A DNA stretch of 20,000 bases from an uncultured virus (IMG/VR IMGVR_UViG_2061766007_000968) (Duplodnaviria > Heunggongvirae > Uroviricota > Caudoviricetes): the IMG/VR virus record IMGVR_UViG_2061766007_000968, positions 47,224 through 67,223 of that record, one strand, 5' to 3'. Position 1 is the stretch's first letter; every line of letters starts with the position of its first letter. Positions 8,568 to 16,259 of this stretch are shown piece after piece. The notes beneath the pieces are model-generated. The model had not been told where the DNA came from, made no database searches, and saw nothing but the letters and a program-made list of their open reading frames with translations. The position numbers and the translations under genes were made by a program.

Positions 8568-9095
8568 ATGGAAAAATCGCAACAGTTCCTAAAAGGCGCG
8601 TACGATACAATCACTGGCGCTCCGTGCATAATACATGTCGGGCGAAGAAAATATAAAGTACGGCAGGTAGCGCAGGCCGTGAAGACAAAGATAGTTCTCC
8701 TTGAGCAGGAAGCGCAGATTCTCGAAGCAAGGGGAAAGGAAGGCGTACCGAAGAAAGAGGCGAAGAAGATAACAAAAAAACTGTACGCGCTACATTCGAA
8801 AAAGGCAGCGTATTACCTTCTTGGGAATTGGGCGCTTTTTGTTCCCGGGCTATGGTCGCTTAAATGGAGAATCCTGCAGCTGAGAGGGAACGAAACGACG
8901 ATGAAGATAAACGAGGCGGGAGTCGTGAGCGCTGATTTGGGTTTTTCCAAAGCCAACTGGGATTCCTCAAGGCTGGAACGCGAGCTTTATATGAGACCGG
9001 TTGGCGAAGTCGCCAAGCAGGCGCAAGAGCGGCTGGAAAGCGTAATGAATATGTTGGAGACGGACGCTTTGGGGATAAGAGAGGAAAGCAGGTAG
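8568..9095 (+). CDS. Tail assembly chaperone (gpG-like)
   Basis: 175 aa between the major tail and tape measure genes; contains an in-frame slippery heptamer. Confidence 0.75.
   Translation: MEKSQQFLKGAYDTITGAPCIIHVGRRKYKVRQVAQAVKTKIVLLEQEAQILEARGKEGVPKKEAKKITKKLYALHSKKAAYYLLGNWALFVPGLWSLKWRILQLRGNETTMKINEAGVVSADLGFSKANWDSSRLERELYMRPVGEVAKQAQERLESVMNMLETDALGIREESR
8939..8945 (+). other. Programmed -1 ribosomal frameshift site (G GGT TTT)
   Basis: X XXY YYZ heptamer in the correct phase (TTG GGT TTT). The -1 frame has a TGA at 8933-8935 and is then open without stop to 9418. Confidence 0.75.
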
Positions 9096-9418
9096 GGGCG
9101 GCGTTTACATTCTCTGAGCACAACGAGCGAATCAAGTATGTGTACGGCAATTATTGCTGGTGGTCTTGGTTTCGTTATTGGTATTTGGATTCCTGCAATC
9201 TCGTAACGATGATGCTTATGGATAAAGGCTACTTCGATTACGATTTTGAGAGATGTGGAGTCCTCGAAGAGGGGAAGGACTGGATAGAGACGGTGAAGTC
9301 CGACGATGAGGTAGATGATATGTTAAAGGGCTTTGGCTTCGGTAAAAGAACGAAGAAGCCGGAAACCTTGGAAGAAATACAGAGTCACATTCTAAAACAA
9401 GAAAGTTATGGCAGTTGA
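8945..9418 (+). CDS. gpT-like -1 frame extension of tail assembly chaperone (G-T fusion, about 283 aa); includes the track ORF 9140..9418
   Basis: Read codon by codon: the -1 frame FQSQLGFLKAGTRALYETGW...IKYVYGNYCWWSWFRYW runs continuously into 9140..9418. Its stop overlaps the tape measure start. Confidence 0.72.
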   Translation, partial: FQSQLGFLKAGTRALYETGWRSRQAGARAAGKRNEYVGDGRFGDKRGKQVGAAFTFSEHNERIKYVYGNYCWWSWFRYWYLDSCNLVTMMLMDKGYFDYDFERCGVLEEGKDWIETVKSDDEVDDMLKGFGFGKRTKKPETLEEIQSHILKQESYGS

Positions 9419-12400
9419 GATACCCGTATATGTTGATATTCTCGGAGGCATTAATGATGCCATCAAGAAACAACTTCCAGAAGCAATGAAGTCGATGCAG
9501 TCAGCGATGGACTCTAATCCATTGGTGGCTAATATTTCTATCGGGAATGTCGATCAGGCAAACAAAGAATTGCAGAAACTGAATGATTGGTATAGGAAGC
9601 TTGAGAATGAAGATTGGGAGAAAATCGGAAGCGCCATCGATTTGAGTCCATATGTTAATCAGGCTATTATGGAGCTCAGGAGATTGGAAGAAGAGCTGGA
9701 CGAAATTCAGGAGCTTAGAAAAATGGAGGGCGGTAGCGGCGATTTCCAATTCGCAGAGGAATATCGCAGAGTGAACGACCAGATAAACTCCGTACTCGCA
9801 AGTATTCGTGCAATGCAAGGTGCGCAGTCCCAGTTAAATGGGACTCTTAACAATTCCGGATTCCAGCAATACATCAGCAGTCTTACTGAAACAAACGAAG
9901 AGCTTCGCCAAATGCGGGAATATTATTCCGAGTTAGAAAGTTATTCCGACAAGTATGCAAGTAGCATAAACGCAATTAGGGATAGGATGGCTGGGTTGGT
10001 GGGACAATGGAATGCAATGACGAAGGCAGAGAGGGAGTCCATAGAAGGTTCAGATATTATTACAAGATACAAAAACGAGCGGAAGGAGCTGGAAGAGGTC
10101 GCCCATACTCTTGATGAAATATACAGCAAAGAACAGAGGAGACAACAGGGGCTACAACGAATAGCTCAAAAAGTCAAAACCGAGGACATTATTCTTAAAT
10201 CGAATGTCAAAACCATTGACATTCTTGAGAAGAAGGAGCGCATTTTGTCCGAACGATTGAGCAAAGCGCGGATTGGTTCGACGAAATACAACCAGCTAAA
10301 AAAAGATTTAGAAGATGTCAGAAAAGAACTCGAACAACTTGACGGGCAGGCAGGCAAGACGGATTCAAAACTCGCTTCCTTAATTAAGAACTCGATTCGT
10401 CTCTTTGCTCTCCACACTGCGTCTCAATTTATTAGAAGCGTAAGAGAAGTTACAGCAGAGTTCGAACTTCAGAGGGTTGCTCTTGGATCAATTATTCAGG
10501 ACACAGAACGAGCAGAGGGTTTGTTCCGGCAAATTAAGGCCGCTGCTATTGAGTCTCCGTTTGAAATCAAAGATTTGGTTTCCTACACGAAGCAGTTGTC
10601 CGCATACAGAATCGAAACAGACAAACTGTTTGATGTCACAATGCGTCTCGCTGACATATCCGCTGGTCTTGGCGTTGACATGTCCCGCTTGGTGCTAGCT
10701 TACGGACAGGTGCGGGCAGCCTCCGTTCTTCGCGGGCAGGAATTGCGCCAGTTCACTGAGGCTGGAATTCCTTTGGTCGATGAGTTGGCCAAAAAATTTA
10801 CAAAACTTAGAGGAGAGACTGTTAAGACTGGAGAGGTCTTCCAACTCATATCGGAGCGGGCTGTCCCCTTCCGAATGATAGAAGAGATTTTTGAGGATAT
10901 GACGAGCGCTGGTGGCATGTTCTATAAGATGCAGGAAAAGCAGGCCAAGACGCTTGCCGGTCAGTGGGCGAACCTCAAGGATGCTGTGAGCATTATGTAT
11001 GATGAAATCGGAAATACCGACACGGTTCATAATGCAATGGAAACGCTAATCAGAGATGCTCGAAATATCTTTAAAAATTGGAGGACTATTGCTGATGTTA
11101 TAAAGATTGTAGGAAATTCTGTTCTGGCATATATCTCCATCTCAAAGCTCGCGACGCTTCAGATAAAGTTACAGGAATATGCAGAAGCCAAGCTGACAGT
11201 GGTAGAGTCTGAGAGAGAGAAAGGGATGAAGCGGATGATAACCACGATTATCGGAGAAACAGCAGCAGAGAAAGTTTCAACAGCGGCCAAACAAGCACAC
11301 CTTTTTGCGACAAACAAACTTGCCGCCGCGAATACCGTCCTCGGAAAGACCTTTTGGTCGCTGACAGCGGCGATGTTAAGTAATCCATTCGGTGCGATAG
11401 CAGTAGCGGTTGGTGCTCTCGTGGGCTTATTTTCTATCCTTTCCAGAAAGGCAAGAGATGTCAATAAGGACATAGATGCCGCAAATGCTTCTATTTCTTC
11501 TTTGAATAAGTCCCGCACAGAGACGCAGCGACTGATTGACTCGTACGAGGAATTGTCGAAGAAACAGAGTCTAACCGTAGACGAGTCGAAAAAACTCAAG
11601 GATATTTCTTCAGAGTTGGCTACTACATTCCCAAAGGCTTCTGAAGGAATTGACAAAAACACAAATTCTCTCGCTCTTAACATTGAAAAGTTAAAAGAGT
11701 ACAATAAACAGGCCCAAGAAGCAACGAAGGTCGGTTTACAGGCGCAAATAAAGACAGATGAGCGCGAGATGAGAAAAAACCAAAGGCAGATTGATAAACT
11801 GTCCAGAGATTTGATACGAGGATATGGTACAAACAAATATAATAGAACCGCCCGCGTTCTTAGCCCTATCGCTCTTCCTTTTTCGGCCAAGCAAAAGGCT
11901 GAGATGAACGAGGAACTTACAGAGCTAATAAAAAAGAATGAGCAATATGCGGCATCTATTAAAGAAATGCAAGATGCAATTGAAGGTCTGAATAAAAAGA
12001 CTGGCGATGCGGAGGAGAGCATGACGCTATGGCAGAAGAAACTTGTTGAGTTTAACAGCCGTATTGATGAGAGCGGGAAAGCGATTCAAGTCTTATCGCC
12101 AGACCAGATTGAAGGATATTCTAGGCTTGATGATGTCCTTGAAGATTTGGCGAAAAAGTACAAGGAGCAGGCGACGCAGGTCGAGGTCCTTGAAAAAGCC
12201 AAAGAGGGGAAGAACGCAGAAGAGGCGGCTGAACTTGCTATATCCCTACGGCTTGCTACGGCTAGAAAAAATTTGACCAAGGAGATTCTTGATTATTATC
12301 ACGCGTTTTATCTTACTCAGAAAAACAATAATGGCAGAGGTTACCAGAAAGACGCGTTCATCACCCTTATGGAGAACCGCATCAGGTTCATGAAGGATTT

Positions 12401-14840
12401 CAAGAAAGGTTATGATGACTTGAACAAGTATCTGTCCGAAGAGGGTGCCTTGTCCGAGCAGAGTTGGATTATGCTCGGACGCGGAATGTCGCTTGGCATG
12501 AGCGCGGCAGAACAGGCTCGCGCTGCAAAGGAACTGTCAGATTGGTATACCGATCAAATCAATAAGGTCGTGAAGGAGATGCAAAGCAAGGGTCTGGTTG
12601 GAAAGACTGTCACGGAAATGCTGAGCCATCAGATTACTGGAGAATCCAACCGATCCAAGATGCTGCGGGATTACCAGGCTCTTCTTCAATCTTTGTGGGA
12701 TGCTAAAACGGACTTTGACACCACGCAGGCGGAAAAGAATATTGAGGACGCTATTAAGAAGATTACGGATGACATCAAAAGGTCGGAGGTCGCTCGAGAT
12801 TTCTATAAGAATATCCTTGATTTAACCGGCGACGAGAATCTCGCAGAGAATCTTACCGTCAGCGTCTACGGCGGTATCGGAAAGGATTTCAAGGACAGAA
12901 TCCAAGAGCAACTTTATCGTGCGCTCAACGAAATCGATCCAAGTGGAATCAACAAAGACCTAATGTCAACCCTTCTTGGAGATATAGCCATTTTCGATAT
13001 AAAAGACATTCAGGAGAACATCGAAAAACTGCCTCCAAAAGTCAAGGAAATGTTCGAGAAAATTCTCGAGGAGAATCAGAAATATGACGCAGAATGGCTT
13101 GTCGATTTCGAGAAGACATACGCGAAGGCAATGACATACCAAGAGAGGGTAGACAGACTAAACGCGCAGCGGTTGCAAAAGGAAAAAGAGGCTGCGTCTA
13201 TGGGCAAATCTCCCGAAGAAACCGCGAGGGTCACAGAATACTACAATCGCGAAATTGCCAAGGTTCAACTTGAGGCGATGAAGGATACCTATACATGGAC
13301 AAAGGCATTCGAGGATTTGGAGAACGTATCTGACAGGACGCTTGAGAACCTAATCAGCTTAATCGATGAGTATATCGAAAAGAACGGGAAGTACTTAGAA
13401 CCCCAGCAGCTCCGCGAACTTGTGCGCTCCAAGGAAAGAGCCAAGCAGCAGAAACTTGAGCGTAACTCAATAAAGGGAATTATTTCTGCTTTGCGCGATT
13501 ATAATAATTTCGCTAAAATAAAGAAGGTTCTGGACAAGGCATTTCTCGACAGCGGGGAAGACTACAATAAGGTTCTTGATGACCAGCAGGAGGCTCTCCA
13601 TAGATTGAGCGAGGCATATGCCGAGGCTATGAATGAGTTGAGCCAGTATGTTTCAAGCGTAAAGGATTTGCTCAATGTCTTCTCCAGTGATGCCGACGCA
13701 TCGTTCTGGGGCCAACAGCTTGACGATATCTCCAAGACATTTGCAGGTCTTGGCAAGGCTGGTATTGGAATTGCTCAACTTGCTATGGGTCAAATTACCC
13801 CTCAGGCAATTATGAACACTATTACTGGACTCTCTGATGTTGTTTCAAGCATTTTTAGCGCTATTAAGCGGGCTAATATTAGAAAAATCAACAAGGACAT
13901 CGAAGACCAGCAGCGATTGATTGACGGACTCGAGAAATCCTACGATCGCCTCGAGAAAGCAATGGAGAAGGCTTTCGGCTCTGACTATATCGAGAACTAC
14001 AACAAGCAGCTTGACAATCTCCAAGCGAAAGTCGACGCTTACAACAAACAGGCAGACCTCGAGGAAAGTAAGGGTAAGAAGGCAGATGCGGACAAGGCCC
14101 GTGAGTACCGAGAAGCAGCTGCAGAGGCGGAGGAGCAGATTGCCGAGATGGGTGACCAGCTCTCTCGTTATTTCACCGAAACCGATTTGTCATCCGCTGC
14201 CAAGGACTTCGCGAATTCCTGGATCGAGGCGTATAAGGAGTTCGGCAGTACGACGGATGCCATGCGCGAGAAGTTCCAGGATATGATTCAGTCTATGATT
14301 GAGCAGTCTCTCGGAGCAAAAATCATGCAGACCATTCTGCAGCCTCTCTTTGACTCCATCGACGAGATGGCTCAAACCGGAGGCGAACTGACATCGCAGG
14401 AAATTGCTCAAATTAGCCAGATGGCGCCGGAGTACATCGACAAGATTAACAATGCCATGACCAACCTGATGAACTCCCTTGCCGCTTCCGGATACAATGT
14501 CCGTCAGGGTCTCGGTCAGTTCACGGGCATCTCCCGCGACATCGCCGGAGCGAGCGAAGAGTCCATCAATGGTCTCGCCGCCGGAATCAACACACAAAAC
14601 TTCTATATGTCCCTCATCAGCCAGAATGTCGCAGCGATTTTGGCATCGATGACCGGACAGGAGGTAAACGGAGTCGCTGGTGCTGCCACGCCGACGGATC
14701 CGTACAAGGATGCCGTGTTGGAGCATATGAGCATGATACCTCTGATGCACGAGGACATGTACGCAATCCGGTCGATGTTGGAGAAGGTAATCCGCCCGAA
14801 TGGAACAACGGCGACGCATTATGTCGCGACAAGGTCATAG
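9408..14840 (+). CDS. Tail tape measure protein
   Basis: 1810 aa, coiled-coil rich. Has a tape-measure core (FELQRVALG...ESPFEIKDLV...LAYGQVRAASVLRGQELRQFTEAGIPLVDELA) and a hydrophobic segment (NPFGAIAVAVGALVGLFSIL). Follows the G/GT chaperones. Confidence 0.95.
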   Translation: MAVEIPVYVDILGGINDAIKKQLPEAMKSMQSAMDSNPLVANISIGNVDQANKELQKLNDWYRKLENEDWEKIGSAIDLSPYVNQAIMELRRLEEELDEIQELRKMEGGSGDFQFAEEYRRVNDQINSVLASIRAMQGAQSQLNGTLNNSGFQQYISSLTETNEELRQMREYYSELESYSDKYASSINAIRDRMAGLVGQWNAMTKAERESIEGSDIITRYKNERKELEEVAHTLDEIYSKEQRRQQGLQRIAQKVKTEDIILKSNVKTIDILEKKERILSERLSKARIGSTKYNQLKKDLEDVRKELEQLDGQAGKTDSKLASLIKNSIRLFALHTASQFIRSVREVTAEFELQRVALGSIIQDTERAEGLFRQIKAAAIESPFEIKDLVSYTKQLSAYRIETDKLFDVTMRLADISAGLGVDMSRLVLAYGQVRAASVLRGQELRQFTEAGIPLVDELAKKFTKLRGETVKTGEVFQLISERAVPFRMIEEIFEDMTSAGGMFYKMQEKQAKTLAGQWANLKDAVSIMYDEIGNTDTVHNAMETLIRDARNIFKNWRTIADVIKIVGNSVLAYISISKLATLQIKLQEYAEAKLTVVESEREKGMKRMITTIIGETAAEKVSTAAKQAHLFATNKLAAANTVLGKTFWSLTAAMLSNPFGAIAVAVGALVGLFSILSRKARDVNKDIDAANASISSLNKSRTETQRLIDSYEELSKKQSLTVDESKKLKDISSELATTFPKASEGIDKNTNSLALNIEKLKEYNKQAQEATKVGLQAQIKTDEREMRKNQRQIDKLSRDLIRGYGTNKYNRTARVLSPIALPFSAKQKAEMNEELTELIKKNEQYAASIKEMQDAIEGLNKKTGDAEESMTLWQKKLVEFNSRIDESGKAIQVLSPDQIEGYSRLDDVLEDLAKKYKEQATQVEVLEKAKEGKNAEEAAELAISLRLATARKNLTKEILDYYHAFYLTQKNNNGRGYQKDAFITLMENRIRFMKDFKKGYDDLNKYLSEEGALSEQSWIMLGRGMSLGMSAAEQARAAKELSDWYTDQINKVVKEMQSKGLVGKTVTEMLSHQITGESNRSKMLRDYQALLQSLWDAKTDFDTTQAEKNIEDAIKKITDDIKRSEVARDFYKNILDLTGDENLAENLTVSVYGGIGKDFKDRIQEQLYRALNEIDPSGINKDLMSTLLGDIAIFDIKDIQENIEKLPPKVKEMFEKILEENQKYDAEWLVDFEKTYAKAMTYQERVDRLNAQRLQKEKEAASMGKSPEETARVTEYYNREIAKVQLEAMKDTYTWTKAFEDLENVSDRTLENLISLIDEYIEKNGKYLEPQQLRELVRSKERAKQQKLERNSIKGIISALRDYNNFAKIKKVLDKAFLDSGEDYNKVLDDQQEALHRLSEAYAEAMNELSQYVSSVKDLLNVFSSDADASFWGQQLDDISKTFAGLGKAGIGIAQLAMGQITPQAIMNTITGLSDVVSSIFSAIKRANIRKINKDIEDQQRLIDGLEKSYDRLEKAMEKAFGSDYIENYNKQLDNLQAKVDAYNKQADLEESKGKKADADKAREYREAAAEAEEQIAEMGDQLSRYFTETDLSSAAKDFANSWIEAYKEFGSTTDAMREKFQDMIQSMIEQSLGAKIMQTILQPLFDSIDEMAQTGGELTSQEIAQISQMAPEYIDKINNAMTNLMNSLAASGYNVRQGLGQFTGISRDIAGASEESINGLAAGINTQNFYMSLISQNVAAILASMTGQEVNGVAGAATPTDPYKDAVLEHMSMIPLMHEDMYAIRSMLEKVIRPNGTTATHYVATRS

Positions 14841-14900
14841 TCTGGCATCATATTTGAAGGAAATCAGAAGATCCGAAAAGCTATTCATATTATCTTTTTG

Positions 14901-14934
14901 ACTCGGGTAGTTGTGAAATTCCCCGAGTTTTTTT
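14901..14934 (+). terminator. Intrinsic terminator after tape measure gene
   Basis: ACTCGGG-T-AGTT [GTGA loop, GNRA] AATT-C-CCCGAGT with a 7-T run at 14928-14934. Confidence 0.75.
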
Positions 14935-14941
14935 ATATTTG
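14911..14941 (+). promoter_or_regulatory. Bacteroidota-type promoter (-33 TTG / -7 TATATTTG) overlapping the terminator
   Basis: TTG at 14911-14913, 20-nt spacer, TATATTTG at 14934-14941, ATG at 14949. Confidence 0.68.
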
Positions 14942-14948
14942 TGGCATC

Positions 14949-15431
14949 ATGGAACAAGAATGGATTCGTCAGCTGCGTCGTGAGGCTTCTGCCCACGGCA
15001 TGTGCAAGGAGAACAGGGACGCTCTTTCGTCTGTTGAGTCCCTGGAAGACGCCATCGACCTTTACAAGAAAACCATTGACTGGGCGCTGGAGGAGGGCTA
15101 TCCGAATTTCGGGACGCTCCAAAGATATTTCTCCGGCTGCAGTAAATACGGCATCTTCATCGACCGTGATTTCCACGGTGAATTGCTGAACGAACAGCAG
15201 GTCTATGTGTTCCACCACTGCACGGGATGGATCCGAACCGGTATCAATACCGAGAAGCGGATCATCCCGATGCTTTATTTTGCGAACAACTGTGACATGA
15301 CGCTACGCTCCGGAGGTGCTACCGACATCGAGAATGTTCGCGTTCCTTTGTATGTTTTCGGTCGCAACCTTGTTAAGATCGACGCGTCCGGGAATGTTGT
15401 TTTCAAGACCTATAAATTTGACGCGAAGTAA
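14949..15431 (+). CDS. Hypothetical phage protein (160 aa)
   Basis: ATG 14949 lies just downstream of the promoter; the track's TTG start at 14898 would run through the terminator and promoter. Helical N-half (AHGMC...LYKKTIDW...YP) and short beta-strand C-half. Confidence 0.75.
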   Translation: MEQEWIRQLRREASAHGMCKENRDALSSVESLEDAIDLYKKTIDWALEEGYPNFGTLQRYFSGCSKYGIFIDRDFHGELLNEQQVYVFHHCTGWIRTGINTEKRIIPMLYFANNCDMTLRSGGATDIENVRVPLYVFGRNLVKIDASGNVVFKTYKFDAK

Positions 15432-15817
15432 TGGAACAATCCAATATATTTATCGTAATTATGAAGGAGGTCGGCATTCCTTTGCTGACTCTCATAGGCG
15501 GATGGTTTTTGCATCTGTGGCGCTCACGGCAGAAGAAGCAGCAGGACATCCTTTCCAATGTCCAGCAGATTCTCCAGATGCAGAAGAACTACATAGCCGA
15601 GCAGGATGCGCAGAACAAGAAGAATTGCGATATGATTGCCCGTCTGGAGCGCAAACTCGACGAGAAGCGCGAGTCCATCCGCCAGGCAAACAAGTGTCCT
15701 CATACGGCCTCCGAGGCCGGCTGTCCCGTCCTGATTCACGAGGACTACATCGACGAGAAGTGTAAAAACTGCAATTATAAGGAAGAAGATGCTCACGGCG
15801 AAAATCAAGATCGGTAG
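15431..15817 (+). CDS. Single-TM coiled-coil membrane protein, possible holin-like
   Basis: N-terminal hydrophobic segment (GIPLLTLIGGWFLHLW), then basic RSRQKK, a Gln-rich coiled coil and a Cys-rich tail (CPH..GCP..H..CKNC). TAATG-coupled to the previous gene. Confidence 0.55.
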   Translation: MEQSNIFIVIMKEVGIPLLTLIGGWFLHLWRSRQKKQQDILSNVQQILQMQKNYIAEQDAQNKKNCDMIARLERKLDEKRESIRQANKCPHTASEAGCPVLIHEDYIDEKCKNCNYKEEDAHGENQDR

Positions 15818-16256
15818 CGGGAATGTCGTCGATACGCAGACCTACGGATTGGTTTATCTGGATTCTGACAAGGTCACTGGCGCTCCGTCGAAGGGTTTTG
15901 AGACCACTTCCTATCCGGAGGAAGAGGGCGAGCATATCATTCCAAAGACGGTAGACGCGGCCTTCGACTACAAGGTCAAATTCTTCATCCAGGCCACGTC
16001 GCTGAAAGACGCGAACCAGCGCATCAGCGAATTCAACGCATCGCTGTACACTAAATCAGGCGATGTGAAGACCTACAAGCAGGTAGAGTTCTACAACATC
16101 TACAAGCGGCACAAGATTGTCGGCTATCCTTCAGAGATCTCCGAAGCGACGGAGTTCTGGCGCGATATGAAGAACCAGGTAAACGATGTCGTCGTGGTCG
16201 AGTGGAATATCCGGGTGAACAAGCCCGGCCTTTGTGATTTCTCCTATACCGAGTAA
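15789..16256 (+). CDS. Distal tail (Dit)-like protein (putative)
   Basis: 155 aa directly before the tail tip gene. The pattern (YGLVYL...P.K..ETTSYPEEEGE...P.TV....DY.VKF) resembles distal tail proteins. Confidence 0.55.
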   Translation: MLTAKIKIGSGNVVDTQTYGLVYLDSDKVTGAPSKGFETTSYPEEEGEHIIPKTVDAAFDYKVKFFIQATSLKDANQRISEFNASLYTKSGDVKTYKQVEFYNIYKRHKIVGYPSEISEATEFWRDMKNQVNDVVVVEWNIRVNKPGLCDFSYTE

Positions 16257-16259
16257 GCC

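Noticed and set aside
8945..8978. Stimulatory hairpin (TTCCA..GCC / GGCTGGAA) and upstream GGGAG (8918-8922) for the frameshift
   Set aside because: The stem is short, bulged and starts at the slip site, and the SD-like motif is 16 nt away; not supportable without folding calculations.
9140..9418. Independent 92-aa gene starting at GTG 9140
   Set aside because: The frame is open back to 8936, right at the slippery site, so it is better explained as the frameshifted T portion.
14898..14948. N-terminal extension of the hypothetical gene from TTG 14898 (similarly TTG 11 for TerL)
   Set aside because: The extension overlaps the terminator/promoter elements; the downstream ATG is the better start.
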